Source: the human T2T-CHM13v2.0 reference genome, Homo sapiens. Taken from it: 64,000 bases of DNA. The notes below the pieces were generated by a model. The model was given only the letters and a program-made list of their open reading frames with translations. It ran no database searches and had not been told where the DNA came from. The number at the start of each line of letters is the position of its first letter. The stretch's first letter is position 1. The translations under genes and the position numbers were made by a program. The stretch is from the NCBI RefSeq assembly GCF_009914755.1, contig NC_060935.1. One strand, 5' to 3'. Shown here piece by piece: positions 13,386 to 27,209 of this stretch.

Positions 13386-14640
13386 AAGCAACAAGCTATT
13401 TCAACAGGACGTTTGTGTCTGAGGATATTGTGAGGGCATAAATCATATAACCTAGCACCTTGTGTTGATTAATAAAAATGTATGTAAAAGATCCTTTGAG
13501 TGAAATCCTATTTACTTCCCTCTTGAAACACCATTTGACATCATTTTTATGTAGCATTTCTGTATATCATTTTATATTCAAGTTACATGTATCAAAAAAC
13601 AAATCAAAGCAAATAATATCAGAGACACAAATAGGTTTCTCGCTGTAGGAAAGAAAAAAAAAAGGAACTTTAAAGAGACCAGACTGGAATATACTAAGTG
13701 TTTCAATCCTCCTTCTTGCTACTCAAATTCTAAGTGAATTAAACAATTGGCTCTTTCAACAAGTCTCCCCCGTCTTCAAAACATACAGGTAGCACAGAGA
13801 GATCATAACTGTAAAAGACTGAGGCTAATTGATTTGAATTTAACACTGTTTCTATAGAGATCATTTCCTAGGGTTTCCAATGGTCTCTCTCTTCATGTTT
13901 GAGTAATTGACACAAATGAAAGTACTTGCAATTTTAATAGTCACTGAGTAATTGATGAAAACTACTTCTCTTTTGCCACCTGCACATGAATAAATGAACC
14001 AGTAGAACACAAGAGATAGTTCAAAAACAATGAAGTACATCTGGAAATCTAGAAAAGTATATCAAATCATTGAAGAAAAATGGACTTTTTAATAACTTGT
14101 AGGCAACCTGATAGAAATTAAGAAGAGGCAATTGAACCAATATGTTGTACAATATACAAAAGTAAATTCCAAAATAAACTAAAATAGAATAAGTTTTGTC
14201 GTTGCTAGAAAAAAAACAAATTATAATCTGAAGAAAAAACAACTATGATTCGAAAAAATTCAATGAAAGAAATATATAATAAATTCAATTACATTTAAGT
14301 ACTTATGCAAGGTGAAAAACCCTGGAGATAATGTCAAAAAATAAATGAAAATTGAGGAAATGTTTCAAAATATATCGATGATACAGGATAATCTCTGTAG
14401 CATAAAAAAAGTGCACACCACTTAAGGAAAAAAATTAAAAATCAGAGACACAATTTAAATTAAGCAACACTATAAATGATAGTTCACAAAACAGATATAC
14501 AAACGGCCCTCAAACCTATAAAAAGATGCTCATCTTCCCCCATAATAGTAATGCAACTTAAAATACACTGCCATGTCATTTCTCACCCATAACATTAGCA
14601 GAGATTCCAAAGCTCAACAAACCTACCCTACAAGTGAGGC

Positions 14641-15285
14641 TGTTACCGGAGGGAGGGCCTTGAATGTAAGTTGTCCAGGTTCCCGGCGTTTTGAATAAAG
14701 AAATGGACAAAACGCACAAAGTGAAAAAGGAACAAAACACAGGAATGAAGCAGTGAAAGCAGGGATTTACTAACGCAAGAAAGCACTCCCCAGTGTGGGA
14801 GTGGGGCTGAGCAAGCGGCTCAAGTGCCCAGTTACAAAGTTTTCTGGGTTTTAAGTACTCCTTTTGAGGCCCCCATTGGTTATCCCTTATCTGGATGAAG
14901 GATTTGGTCTGTGGCTAATAAAAGGCTGAGGTGAACAGGTGCCCTATGCAGATGAAGGGATGGTGCTTGCTTAGCACGTGGCTAATCTAAGGCACTCTCT
15001 CTTTTCATCTGAGACATGGTGGAACGGGAAGGGTTGTAGGGAGAGTAGCGTTTGATTTTGTGTTATTAGGCCTGAGAAGATGGGTTTTTTCTTTTTGGTT
15101 CAGCTTTAGGAATTTTGTGTTAATTGGCCTTAAGTTCCCTGCCCCCACACCCAGGTGTTTTCCTTTTGCTCCAGCTTTGGGAAATCAGCACAAATTGGCC
15201 TCAGATTCTCTGCCCCAAAACCTTCGTGTTTTTCTTTGATTCAGAAAGACTTGGCTTTAAGTTCCCTGCCTTCAGACCCTATTCT
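14641..15285 (-). mobile_element. MER51-family ERV1 solo LTR
   Basis: tgttaccgga...gagcaagcggctcaag...aagttccctgcc...cagaccctattc is the reverse of the MER51 start; the last few nt are missing. Confidence 0.8.
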
Positions 15286-16527
15286 GTTGGAAAGCAGGTA
15301 GTTTTTCATGTGTTCCTGTTAGGATTACAACCCTACTGGAGAAAAACTTAGCAATATCTAACCAAACTACAAATCAATTTACAATTTACTCCACTATCGC
15401 ACTACTAGAAATTTACCCTGAAGGCTCATTTGCAGGAGTAAGAAAAAAATGCATATTCTTATTCCCTGAGACATTATTTATAATAGCAAAATATTGAAAA
15501 CAAGGTCAATGCCAAATATAGAAGACAGTAAATAAAGTGTAACTTACCCACACATTTATACAATAGGGAACCATTATCACACAGTTGACAAAAAGAATGA
15601 AGATGATCTCTATGACTAATTCATAGTGATTTCCAAGATGTAAGGTTAAGTGGAAAAAGCAAATTACAAAGCAGTATATATGGTATGCTACCTTTTATGT
15701 AAGAAAGAAGAGGAGATAAGAATGGTGTGTGTGTATGTGTGTGTAAAAACTATAAACATATACATATATGAACTTTTTATAGGTATGTATACGTTCACAC
15801 ATACAGGCATTTGTGTCTGTGTGTATATGTATACTTATTTTGCAAAGAGGCACATATGGGAAGATAAAAATGAGTTAAATTAACCACTGACAAGGAGTAG
15901 GTAGGATCACAGTGAAAATGATAGACAATATAAATTTTCTTAATATTGTATATTTTGATTTTTGAACCACATTAATGTTTGACTTCTTCCCTTCTAAAAT
16001 AACCAATAGATGGGAAACAATGTATAATTTATAATTAAATATGAACAAATAAATCTAAATATGTTTTAAGCTGATAGCACAAACATACAGAAGGAAGAAA
16101 TGAAAGATGAGTCAGACAACTTTTGAATTAGTCAGTACTTTGACTATATATCCTCAGTGGGATATATTTTAAGGAAAAAATGCAAATAAATCTTAAATTT
16201 TAATAGCAGCTTATTTATTGTAATGGTATTAGGACAGTGATTCTGAAACTAATGTGCATTGTAATATTAAGCAAATGATAAAAAATATATTAAAGTTTTG
16301 GATAACCAGTGTTCTCTATGTGGAAAAGGAGAAATATATGGAATGGGGAAAGGAGAAGAACTTTGTGGTATAAGATGAAAACTAGAATGTCATTATGAAC
16401 TCATGATTTTCTAAATCTTCTAGCACTGTAGAGGAATGGACCAAAAAATTATGACATACAACCTATAGGACACACTTGATCTTAGTTTCTAAATCTCCTT
16501 CACCACTAAAATAGCCAGGGTTTCTTG

Positions 16528-17530
16528 TGTTAGCAGTGGCAGAGATTCGAGTTACCCTGAGTTACCAACGGCATATCCGTGTGGGTCTGCAGCAACTTCA
16601 GTTCTTGCCTTCTCAGAAGCAAGAATCCCACCGAAGGGCATGAAGCAGAAAAAGAAACCAAAGCAAGTCCAGAGCAAGAGTGGAAGTTATTTAGAACAGG
16701 AAAGAAAAGAAAGAACCCTTGAGAGAGATACAAGTGGGCGTCTGAAGGTCAAAGAGAGAGAAAAAGAAGAGGGGGACGCTTAACTTTGATCCTGGGACTT
16801 TATATACTCACCTCTTTTCCATGATTCTTCCCTTAGAGTTGGCCTTTTGCACGCACAGTGCTCTTCTTACCCTTGGGAATTGAGCATGCGCAGTGTGTTT
16901 AGGAAGTTGTACGCATGCCCATCTCAGGCTTTCTTCTCTTTTCTGGTGGAGTGTACCTGGAAGATCATACTTTGCCATTTTATCTCTTAATGTGCATGCC
17001 CAGGAAGTTGCTTCTCCCTGGGGTGTGCCTCTAATTAACACTTTAATGTTAACAGATGTGGACCATCAGGAAATGGCCTTTCCCTGGTACCGGCTGCCAA
17101 TTTATGACTTTTAGAGGGTAATGTGGCAATTGCCATATCATTACCCAACATTTCTTTTTTCTTTTCTTTTTTTTCAAGAGACGGGGTCTGACTCTGTCGC
17201 CCAGGCTGGAGTGCAGTGGCTCCATCTCAGCTCACTGCAAGCTCCACCTCCCGGTTCCCGCCATTCTCCTGCCTCAGCCTCCCAAGTAGCTGGGACTACA
17301 GGTGCACGCCACCATGCCCGGCTAATTTTCGTATTTTTAGTAGAGACGGGGTTTCACCGTGTTAGCCAGGATGGTCTCGATCTCCCAACCTCGTGATCCG
17401 CCTGCCTCGGCCTCCCAAAGTCCTGGGATTACAGGCGTGAGCCACCACGCCCGGCCACCATCACTCAATATTTCTAGTGGGTTGGGGGAGAGCCCTCTCC
17501 TGCCCCACTCATGCCTATCTACCTGTAACA
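16528..17530 (-). mobile_element. MER50 ERV1 solo LTR, interrupted by an AluY
   Basis: TG...CA; reverse strand begins tgttacaggtagataggcatgag...gcaggagagggct; perfect 4-bp TSD cttg at 16524-16527 and 17531-17534. Confidence 0.85.
17156..17456 (-). mobile_element. AluY inside MER50
   Basis: AluY diagnostics gcaagctcc, cgccattctc, ccgtgttagccaggatggtctcgatctc. Confidence 0.93.
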
Positions 17531-18336
17531 CTTGGATAAACTGTTAATTCCAGGGCAAAAGTAGAGAATGTATAAAATGAGACCCTTTGTTGTGGCCAAA
17601 TGTGTGGAAATACTTAAATATGGTAAGGACATATCAAAGAACACACATAGGACCCAGTTTCAAAGGGCTCCCCTTGACCACATTTGAGACATTTGAGAAT
17701 GGATAGAAACAATGATAGTAATGAATTATAACGCATTGACCCTACAAAGGAGAAAAGAATCTATGACCACGTGGTGTTGCAAACAAAGCCAAGGAAAACA
17801 AAGAATAGGAATATTGAGAGGGGTATCTACCCTTTACAAAGAATCCCAACTTTTGATTATAGAAGAAATGATTCAACTCGCAAATCTTCATTTGATGACC
17901 TGTAATCATTTCAGCTAAGTGTTATTATAAAAAGACATTAAAAATCACTGAGATCCGTCTTCATATTACTTATTAATGACAAGGAAGGATATACATTTAC
18001 AACTGAAAAATCTGGAAGAAATCATCTTAATCCAGAGATCAAAGTTACTATCACCAATAATGGTACAAACTGATATCTCAGTGCATTACCAATATGCTGA
18101 GAATGGCATATCGCCTTATACAACTCTTACCAAAAACTATTGAACCTAAAACGAATTACAAATAAATGATCTGATAAGTAAAAATGTATAGACATTTAAC
18201 AAATTTTCTGTAATCTTCAAAAACATCAGTGTAATGAAAGAAAAATGGCAGAAAAACTATTTTAGATTAAAGGAGATTAAACAAAACATGGCAACTAAAT
18301 ACAATGTGCAACTTGATAAAAAAATTTGATGATTGA

Positions 18337-18670
<334 letters not shown>

Positions 18671-18699
18671 TCAAGACAATTGGGGACATTTGAATAAGT

Positions 18700-18797
18700 T
18701 ATATACATGTGTGTATTTATGTGTATATATATGTATATATATACACATATACATATATATGTGTATATATATACATATATATGTATATATATATATA
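18700..18797. repeat. (TA/TG/CA)n compound microsatellite
   Basis: Read directly from the sequence. Confidence 0.9.
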
Positions 18798-18953
18798 GCC
18801 TTGGAAAAATTATATCACTGAGAAGTGATATATGACAGTGAAGGAGATCTGATCTAACCTACCCACCTCTTGCCTTTAGTTTTCAAGCTGCCTTAATTAT
18901 TCCTGGGTTTAGGCTGAGCTAACTTTGGAAGAAATTTAGGTTATAGTTTAAAT
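18796..18953 (+). mobile_element. LTR8-family ERV1 LTR 5' fragment
   Basis: tgacagtgaaggagatctgatctaacc...ttcctggg...aggctgagctaactttgg...ttatagtttaaa matches the LTR8 5' part. Confidence 0.75.
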
Positions 18954-18990
18954 CAGGGATCCTCAACCCCTTGGGCCACGGACCGGTACC
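18954..18990. mobile_element. MER1 terminal fragment
   Basis: cagggatcctcaacccc..gggccacggaccggtacc matches the MER1 terminus. Confidence 0.7.
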
Positions 18991-19384
18991 ACAATTGGGT
19001 AGTTACATGAGGTAATAGAGTTGTGTTGATGTTAAATTTCTTGAATGTGACTGTGTTGTGGCTAAGAAGGCTCCTCCAGAGGAGATAATGGCAAGAATAT
19101 TTAGGAGTAAAGTGAGTGATAACTGCAAAATATATCAAATTGTTCATCCAAATAACAAAGAAGACAGATAAATTGTTAATAGTTGATAAATCTATGTGAA
19201 TTGTGTACGGGTGTTAATTCTATAATTCTTGCAATATTTCTATAACTTAATTTTTTAATGGGAAAAATGAAAAATATTTCCACCGCCTTAACTACTACCC
19301 TTGTCTCTAGACATTTCAGCTCTGGATGTTGCCTTGTTTTCCATTCATAGTGCTGTAGGCAACATTGGCACTTGATTTTGCACT

Positions 19385-19520
19385 AATACCTGAACTCTAG
19401 CATGCATATGAGTCACCAGTAGAATTTGATTAATGTATAGGGTTTCCTAGGCTCCCACATAGTAAGATTCTAGTATAGTAAGTGCAGGATACAGCTACAT
19501 ATCTGGAACTTCAAGAAGAA
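19385..19520. mobile_element. MER5A-like hAT fragment
   Basis: tgcatatgagtcacc...ctaggctcccac...agattct. Confidence 0.45.
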
Positions 19521-19874
19521 AAATACTTGTGTATCTAAGAAATACATTTTAGATGATCTCTCAAAGCTGTCTTATATGCTAACCTGAGGAGATATATTTT
19601 GGGATGTTTTTAACTTTTTTTTTAAGTGACTGGATTACTTGTCTACCCCCAGTTCTACTAAGGATAAGAACACTCCAGAATAACACCCATGATTTATGTT
19701 TTGAAATCTCTCAAGGAGCAAAACTACATGGCAAATAATCCACCAATTCTCCATGAGATTCTAATGTCAGAATCAATAATAGGTGACATTCTATTCCCAT
19801 TAAAATTTCTGGAAATTTCCTGTCAAACAAAGCATGATATGTTTTGAGAAATGTTATAAATCGCAAGAAGACAC

Positions 19875-20814
19875 TTTATTTTTTTAAATTTTTCCATTTT
19901 TTATTTCAACATTTATTTTAGATTCTGGGGTACATGTACAGATTTGTTATGTAGTTATATTGAGTGACACTGAGGTTTGGTGATGAATGACCGATCCCAT
20001 CACCGGGTTAGTAAGCATAGTGTCCAATAGGTAGTTTTTCAGCCCTCGACCCTCTCCTTCTTTCCTCCCTGTAGTAGTCTCTAGTGTTTATTGCTCCCAT
20101 CTGTATGTTCACGAGTACCCAATTCTTAGCTCCCATTTATAAATGAGGACATGTGATATTTGGTTTTCTGTTCCAGTTTTCTGTTTCTGTATTAATTTGC
20201 TTAAGATAATAGCCTCCAGATGCATCCATGTTGCTGCAAAGGACATGATTTCATTCTTTTTGCGCACAGTATTCTGTAGTGTGCACGTACCACATTTTCT
20301 TTATCCAATCCACTGCTCATGGGCACCTAAGTTGATTCCTTATCTTTGCTATTGTGAATAGTATTGTGATGAACATGAGTGCATGTGCCTTTTTGGTGTA
20401 ATGATTTATTTCCCTTTGGGTATATACCCAGTAATGGGATTACTGATCCCATTCAGTGATCAAGTGATAGTTCTGTTTTTATTTTATTGAGAAATCTCCA
20501 AAATGTTTTCAACCGTGGCTGAACTAATTTGCTTTCCCACTGACAGTGTACACACGTTTCCTTTCCTCTACAGCCTTGGTAGCCACTGTTATTTTTTGAC
20601 TTTTTATTATTAGCCATTCTGACTGGTGTGAGACCTTTTCTTATTGTGGTTTTGATTTGCAGTTCTCTGATGATTAGTGATGTTGAGCATTTTTATATAT
20701 ATTTTTTGGCCACTTGATTGTCTTCTTTTGACAAGTATCTTTTCATGCCTTTTGCCTAAACTTTTAATGGGGTTGATTTTTGCTTGTTGAGTTAAGTTTT
20801 TTATAGATCCAGGA
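19875..20814 (-). mobile_element. 5'-truncated L1PA15/16-L1PB-type element
   Basis: attttagattctggggtacatgt...gatcccatcacc...agtgtccaataggtag 3'UTR followed by ORF2-end antisense sequence. Confidence 0.85.
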
Positions 20815-21387
20815 AGTAACTTTAAATTGTATTTTTAGCCACAAAAGATCAATTAAGTCTACAAAATGCAAGCGATTATTTGTTTTAGCCAATAATTTCA
20901 AGTTCTCTTCACCGCTCCCATGTAGATTTTTTTTATTAATATAAGTTATACAACAGTCCTCTTGTTCTATGTAAATCAAGCAAATAAGCATGAACAAATC
21001 TATACTTGCAAGGCACACATAACTTGCAGTCTGGAAGCATCTGGCTGGATAGACATGCCACTTTTACAGGTGAGAGTTTTCATAGCTATTGTATGCAAGA
21101 CATCAGCTAGGTGATAGTTCTTCAGAGACCATATGCAGTGCTCCCACCCGGAGGTTTGCTAAAAATGGAGCATCTGCACAACATCAACATGTGGTAGGCC
21201 TGGTGGAAGAAACAGCAAGCAATTCAGTAAGTAAAGGATGTTGATAGTAGAACCCATTGCTGGAAATTTAGGCAGAGAGCAGATTATCTGGAATAATAAG
21301 TTCCAGCTGGATGAATCTGACCCTTATTCAGGAAGCAATGATGACATCTGAAAATCTTCAAACTCAGTCATCATAGAGGATATGAAT

Positions 21388-21570
21388 GGTAGCATTTCTC
21401 TAACAACTAATGATTCTGAATATCTTTTTATGTACTTATTAGGTATCTGTATATCTTCTTGGGGAAATGTCAATTTCCCATTTTAATTGGATTTTAATCT
21501 TTTTAAGTTTTAAGAGTTCATTATATATTATGGATTAAATTCTCTTATCAGATGTTTGATTTAAAATATA
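21388..21570 (-). mobile_element. Old L1M fragment
   Basis: gcatttctctaacaactaatgat...tatatcttctt...ctcttatcagat. Confidence 0.6.
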
Positions 21571-22769
21571 GCTGTTACTTTAAAGCTAAGAAATGTGTCT
21601 GACAGCAAATGGAGGAGTCAGTCACCTAGAGAAGTAATTTGTGGTTCATTTGGAACTTGATTAATATCAGTTATATGTCTTGGATGAATTAGAGTAAATG
21701 CTAGAGCAATGCTTAAGATACCAAAATAAATTGCCAGTATGATAATTTAAGTATAAGTAGGGAACGTTGTTTTCTTTCTAAGGCCTAAACCACACAAACT
21801 ATCTTTCTGTCTAAACCAGAACATTTGTCAACTCTTATATTTCAGAAAGGTGCTTTATTAAAATGACCAGAAAATTAAACATCTGATATTTTAATATTAT
21901 TGGTAAGTAATTTCCTCAACAAATATTGTTGCCATTTGAAAATCTCAAATATCAACTCCTAAGGCCATTTTCCCCCTCATGAAACATTTGGTTTTATCTA
22001 GTTCTGAGAAAATACATCAGCTTTTTGAAATACTTTTTTTCTGGCTCCTATTTTGATGATGCCATTGAGTCTGACCTCTGCTTATTACAGAAGAATTGAT
22101 GGGCACGTTTGAGGTCTGAGGAATTTCACACAGGCTTTGAGTACTGTGTTTTTCACAAAATAGTACTAGTTTAATGTAAGTTTTGGGGAAGGCCTGGACC
22201 AAGGGAATTACCATCCCTGGGCCAAGGGAGTTACCATCACACTGTAAGTATAACTGAAATCAAACTCACATTATTTACTCAGAGAGTCAAAATATTTTAG
22301 TTAACAAATTTAAAATAAAAATGAGTAAGTATACCTAAAGAAAACATTTTGTCAGAGCCCCATTCTGACATTTTGCATCTCTGAGGAACTATTTCAATGA
22401 TTAAAAAAAAATTCTCACAGGTGCATTACAGGACTGAGGAACATCAGAAGATAAAGTGCATTGCAGGGACAATAGAGAATTTCCAGCAAGTACAGATTTC
22501 AGCTGTTACATACTCAGCAGCTTTCAGAGGGCACCATTTTTACAAAACATTTGGGTTTTTGTAATTCACCAACCAAAATGGATTTCTGAAAACAGCTATT
22601 CCATGAAGAGACATATTGCTTTGGTTGAAATAGTAATCACTTACACTTTTAGTGACAGCCTAACCGTATATTCAATAGTTGCTCTTATGCTGTTTTTATA
22701 ATATGTACCAGTACAATCACAATGTTGAGAATTATAGTTACTCTATACAATGTTTCTAAAATAATAATA

Positions 22770-22972
22770 ATTACTGAGTTATTTTATATCAGATGTTTTT
22801 CTAAGAATTTTTCTCTTATGAAGTCATTCTCATGACTGTTATCCTAATTTTACAGATGAGAAAATTAAGGTAAAAAAGGTAAAATTAATTCTCCAAGATC
22901 ATAGAAAATTAAGTAAATTTGCCAAAATCAGAGCTACAATTTGAACTCTAGAACCCAATACCTTAACTACTA
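22770..22972 (-). mobile_element. MIR
   Basis: attttacagatgagaaaattaagg...ccaagatca. Confidence 0.65.
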
Positions 22973-23134
22973 GAATAAACTATACTATACTATAAATGTT
23001 TTATTTCCTGCACAAGGAGCCAATTTCTTTAATTATATTTATTCTAGGACAATAATTTAACTGAAATGAAAATACTAAACTAAGGAGAAACTTACCCTGA
23101 CTGAATATTTTAAGTATGGGAAATTAGGGCCACT

Positions 23135-23520
23135 CATCACTCATTCAGCTAATATTTATTTAGTGTGTGTGCTGGGACTGTGATTATAGCTCTGAATAAG
23201 AAAAACTAGAGACAGGCTCTCCAGGGAGCTCAAATTGTAGAAGAGGGAGCAATAAAAAAGGAAGCAAGATGTAATTATTTAACTTCAGCATTGTGGAGAA
23301 AACAAAATAGTTATTATTATGACAGAAAATTCCAAAGCGGAACAGATAATTTGAATTGTGTGTCAGAAAGGTCTTAGAGAAGGTGGCATTTGACTTCAGA
23401 ACTTGTTTGTGAAAAGGAGCCAGAAAGTCTAATCCGGTGAAAGGAAGAATGTTTTGTGCAGAGAGGACTGCAAACACAGAGGAACCAGGGGTGGGAACTG
23501 CTGAGGGGCAATAGACACTG
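23135..23520 (-). mobile_element. L2 3' fragment
   Basis: ctcattcagctaatatttatt...tcagaaaggtctt..gaaggtggcatttga. Confidence 0.6.
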
Positions 23521-23989
23521 GAGAATTCTGGGCTAAACTCAGTCATAGAACCACTTTCAGGAGGCTGTTTTATTCATAATGACACAGTTGGCCTGGTTTC
23601 TTGTCTCAATGTCATGAAGCCACTCCTAAAAGCATAAGTGAAAGATCACCACCTTATGGTCCCACAGGAATTAAAATTTAGGACTTGTAGGGAAATCTCC
23701 AATCATCTGGCCAACCTCTTCTTCAAAACCAGTTGAGCGACCTCTGAATTATAAATGAAGGCTCTTTAAAAATTACAATGTATTTGTTCCTTTTATGAGA
23801 ACACCTCATTAGCAAGTAAATAGTTAAACAATATCTCTATAAATTTCTGAACATAAAAACAGGCTAACATTAAATAAGTTTATATGTCTTTTTACTCTGC
23901 TCTACATTTTTCTTTTTCTCATCTACCAATTTGTAATACAGTATTTAATTAACATATTTATAATATTTATAGTTTATGAATTGATTCAT

Positions 23990-24116
23990 TGTAAAATATG
24001 AGCTTTACAAGTACTAAGCACTTGGTCTGTTTTCTTCAATGATGTAGAACACTGAACAATGTTTAGCTCGTACTAGATAGGAAGTAGTGAATGAATGAAT
24101 GAATGAATGAATGAAT
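23990..24116 (+). mobile_element. L2 3' end with (TGAA)n tail
   Basis: ttggtctgttttcttca...(tgaa)7. Confidence 0.6.
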
Positions 24117-25654
24117 ACATAATTGTGTTCAATGACTGCAAATTTTAAATAAAAATGTTTTGTTTGGCCATTGGCCAGAGCAGCCTAGGACTGGACCAAG
24201 TCATCTCAACTTATTTTCAGCCTTATCCATGTGTAATTTGAGTCAAGATCTAACTTTGAACACTAAAAAGTTATACTATGTAAATATTTTGTTAATAATT
24301 TTTAGCATTGAGAGAGGTACTTTTACTTTCCATGAATCTATAAAAGCTGTACAGTCAAATGGGCAAGTTTTACATTTTTATCATCACATTTGCTCTTTGG
24401 GACTAGAACATGCCTGTGGGAATTCAGTCTTCAAAAAAGCAAGCTTAATTGGACTGAATGCAGGCATAAAATTAAATTGTTTTCCCTTAGTGTTTGAATT
24501 CATAACCACATGCAAATTATTTCATACACAACACCCAAGAGGTTCTTCTATTGAGGGAGATAAACATTTTCCCAGAAACTCTAAACTGTTTATATGTGGA
24601 AACCTTGGTTTATATAGTTAATACATAGTTTACATAACTGTTCATATAAACTGTTCAGTTCTTGACTTCAGAATCATTCACTAGAAAAGAAATATTTATT
24701 ATAGAATCACAGAAATAACTACTAATATTTGAAATTAAAAATACATTCATTTAAAAATTATAGAATTTCTAAGTAAGGAGGAATTACTAAAGTGAAAGCT
24801 ACTAAGCCCCCAAATTATAGAATAAGGTTGGAAATAGAGACTAATACCTTAAATTTATGCATTTTGGTATTTTTTTCTTTTCACATTTACTTTTTAAAAA
24901 ATAATTTTTCATGAAGAAATTTACACAATACTGAAAAATATAAAGAATAAAAACACCTTAGCTCAAGACAAGATCCAGAGATAAACATTATCATTTTCAA
25001 GTGCATCTTCAGTGGCTCATGCAATTTTAAAAACAAGAAAAGTCTTCAAAATTGCTAATCTATTTTAGTGAAGTTTTTAAAAGTAATAATTCTTTAAAAT
25101 GTAAGTATTATTATTATCGACCTTATTTTAAGTGCAGAGTATTTAAATAAAATAATATTTAAATCTTGCCTAATAAAAACTCAAGCATTCTTACAAACAA
25201 AAGAAAAAATCCAATCAATAGTCACCTGATTAATGAAAGTGTATCTGAATCTCACTTAAAAAAAATAACACAAGGCAAGTTTTATACCAACTGAGGCCAA
25301 ACCTAAAATAATCAAAATAATCTGAGGAAGGGAAAGGACATGCATTGATGTTTATTCTAATCTACATGCACCAAGTAGAGATTTTACATCTGATTGCCTA
25401 GATCTTTCCATAGTGGTCTTCCCTACCTTCATTCAACCTCAAACAATACTTCAAGCAAAACATATAATTTTGTTGAAGAAACTCACACTCAGAAATGATA
25501 AACAAATTTCCATAGCTAGTAAGTGACAAATATGAAATTAAAACACACTTCTGGACTTTAAATTCTACTACCATCCTTCACTGGGAATTGTGAGGAGGAA
25601 GGAGAGCACCCAGACAGAGAAGTGAGAGAACTTCGATTAAATATTGGAACAACT

Positions 25655-25944
25655 GGCTGGGCACAGTGGCTCTCACCTGGAATCCCAGCATTTTGGGAGG
25701 CTGAGTTGGGTAGATCCCTTGAGGTCAGGAGTTCGAGACCAGCCTGGCCAACATGGTGAAACCCATGTCTACTAAAAAATACAAAAACTGGCCAGGCATG
25801 GTGGCACATGTCTGCAATCTCAGGTACTCTGGAGACTGAGGCAGGAGAATCATTTGAACCAAGCAGGCAGAGGTGGCAGTGAGCCAAGATGGCACCACTG
25901 CACTGCAGCCTGGGTGATAGAGCAAGATTCCATTAAAAAAAAAA
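25655..25944 (+). mobile_element. AluS-type SINE
   Basis: Full dimer; TSD approximately aaatattggaacaac/aagtatttgaacaac. Confidence 0.93.
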
Positions 25945-26655
25945 GTATTTGAACAACAAATTTTTGACTGAATTATTTTTTTGTTCCAACCTTATATAAA
26001 TGGTTGCAAATATATCATCCCATGTTTTATTAATTAAGTTGTGTATTTATTAATACAAATTGTGTTCTAACTCTATGAGAGCAGATGCAGTGACATCCTC
26101 TGTGTTATTTAGTACTCTCTGATCCAATTCTCAAAGGATACAATACTCTCATAGACCCTGATAACCTGAGGTAATTCTTTCAGGCTTTGTCTTTATCAAG
26201 TAACATTTATGATTATTCCTGCCATCCTCACTCAACTGTATGAGAAAACAATGACTATCAGCTCTATTTACAGTTGAGAAAACTAGTTATCAGAGAAGTT
26301 AAATAATGTAACCATGGCTGCATAGAGCTAATTACAACTGTGATCACATGTGTCTGCCCTTTGCTCCCCAAATTATGAGAGTCTCCCTCATCCTTAAACT
26401 CAATTTTCTGAAGTTGTAGGAATAAATATGATGCAAAAACTGAGAGCCTGCTTATTTCCTAAGAAAACAGCCATGAAGGGTTTTCCTAATTGCACCCATT
26501 GGACCTGACTTGGACAATGTTTAAATTTGGCAGAAATTTCTGTTAGTTCCCTAACTAACTATTGCTTTGTCACTTCTGAAATCTTGTCTAGGACTAAAAG
26601 GCCTACTATACTCATAATGGCTCCACTCCCAACCCCTACACCTCAAGAAAAGTAG

Positions 26656-27209
26656 TGACAAACACTCTCTCTTTGACCAAACTCTAGTGAGGCTTCTCTG
26701 AGCCATTTTCTCAACTAGGCCTTAACTTTGGCCTATTAAAATTGATGATTCAGCACAAATGATGTTGTCTATCCCCTGCACTAAGAGACTTAAACAAACA
26801 AACACTAGCATAGTTTCTAACTGAGCAAGGCCATGTCCCTAGGATGGTGATACCCTAAAGTATCTACCCAGGAAAAACACCTGAAAATAGGGTCTCTGTC
26901 TCTCAGTTTCTGTGGTAGAGTAGAAGGCTATCTCTGGCAAGTGCCAGTTAGCAAACCCAGATGTCCTGGTCACAAGTACCAACCTTTCTTCCTGCTTTTT
27001 ATAAATTTTCACTTCATTGACTTTTCTCAAGGCCAGCTCACCCACCCTCCCTACTCTTTTATTTTTCCACTAAAAGTCCCAGTCATCTCTACACAAATCG
27101 AGGTTGAGTTCAGTTCACCCTAGACTCTTTTTTATATTTCAGTAACTGGTACTGATTAAAAATCTGCTCTTACCACTTAACTAGTGACCAGCTTTGTTTA
27201 CTTTTGAGA
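26656..27209 (+). mobile_element. MER31/MER67-family ERV1 solo LTR
   Basis: tgacaaacactctctctttgaccaaact...ctcaactaggcc...gttgagttcag; near-TSD gtag/atag. Confidence 0.7.

Noticed and set aside
24160-24621. 153-aa ORF
   Set aside because: Non-ATG start, no recognisable motif; compatible with a chance ORF
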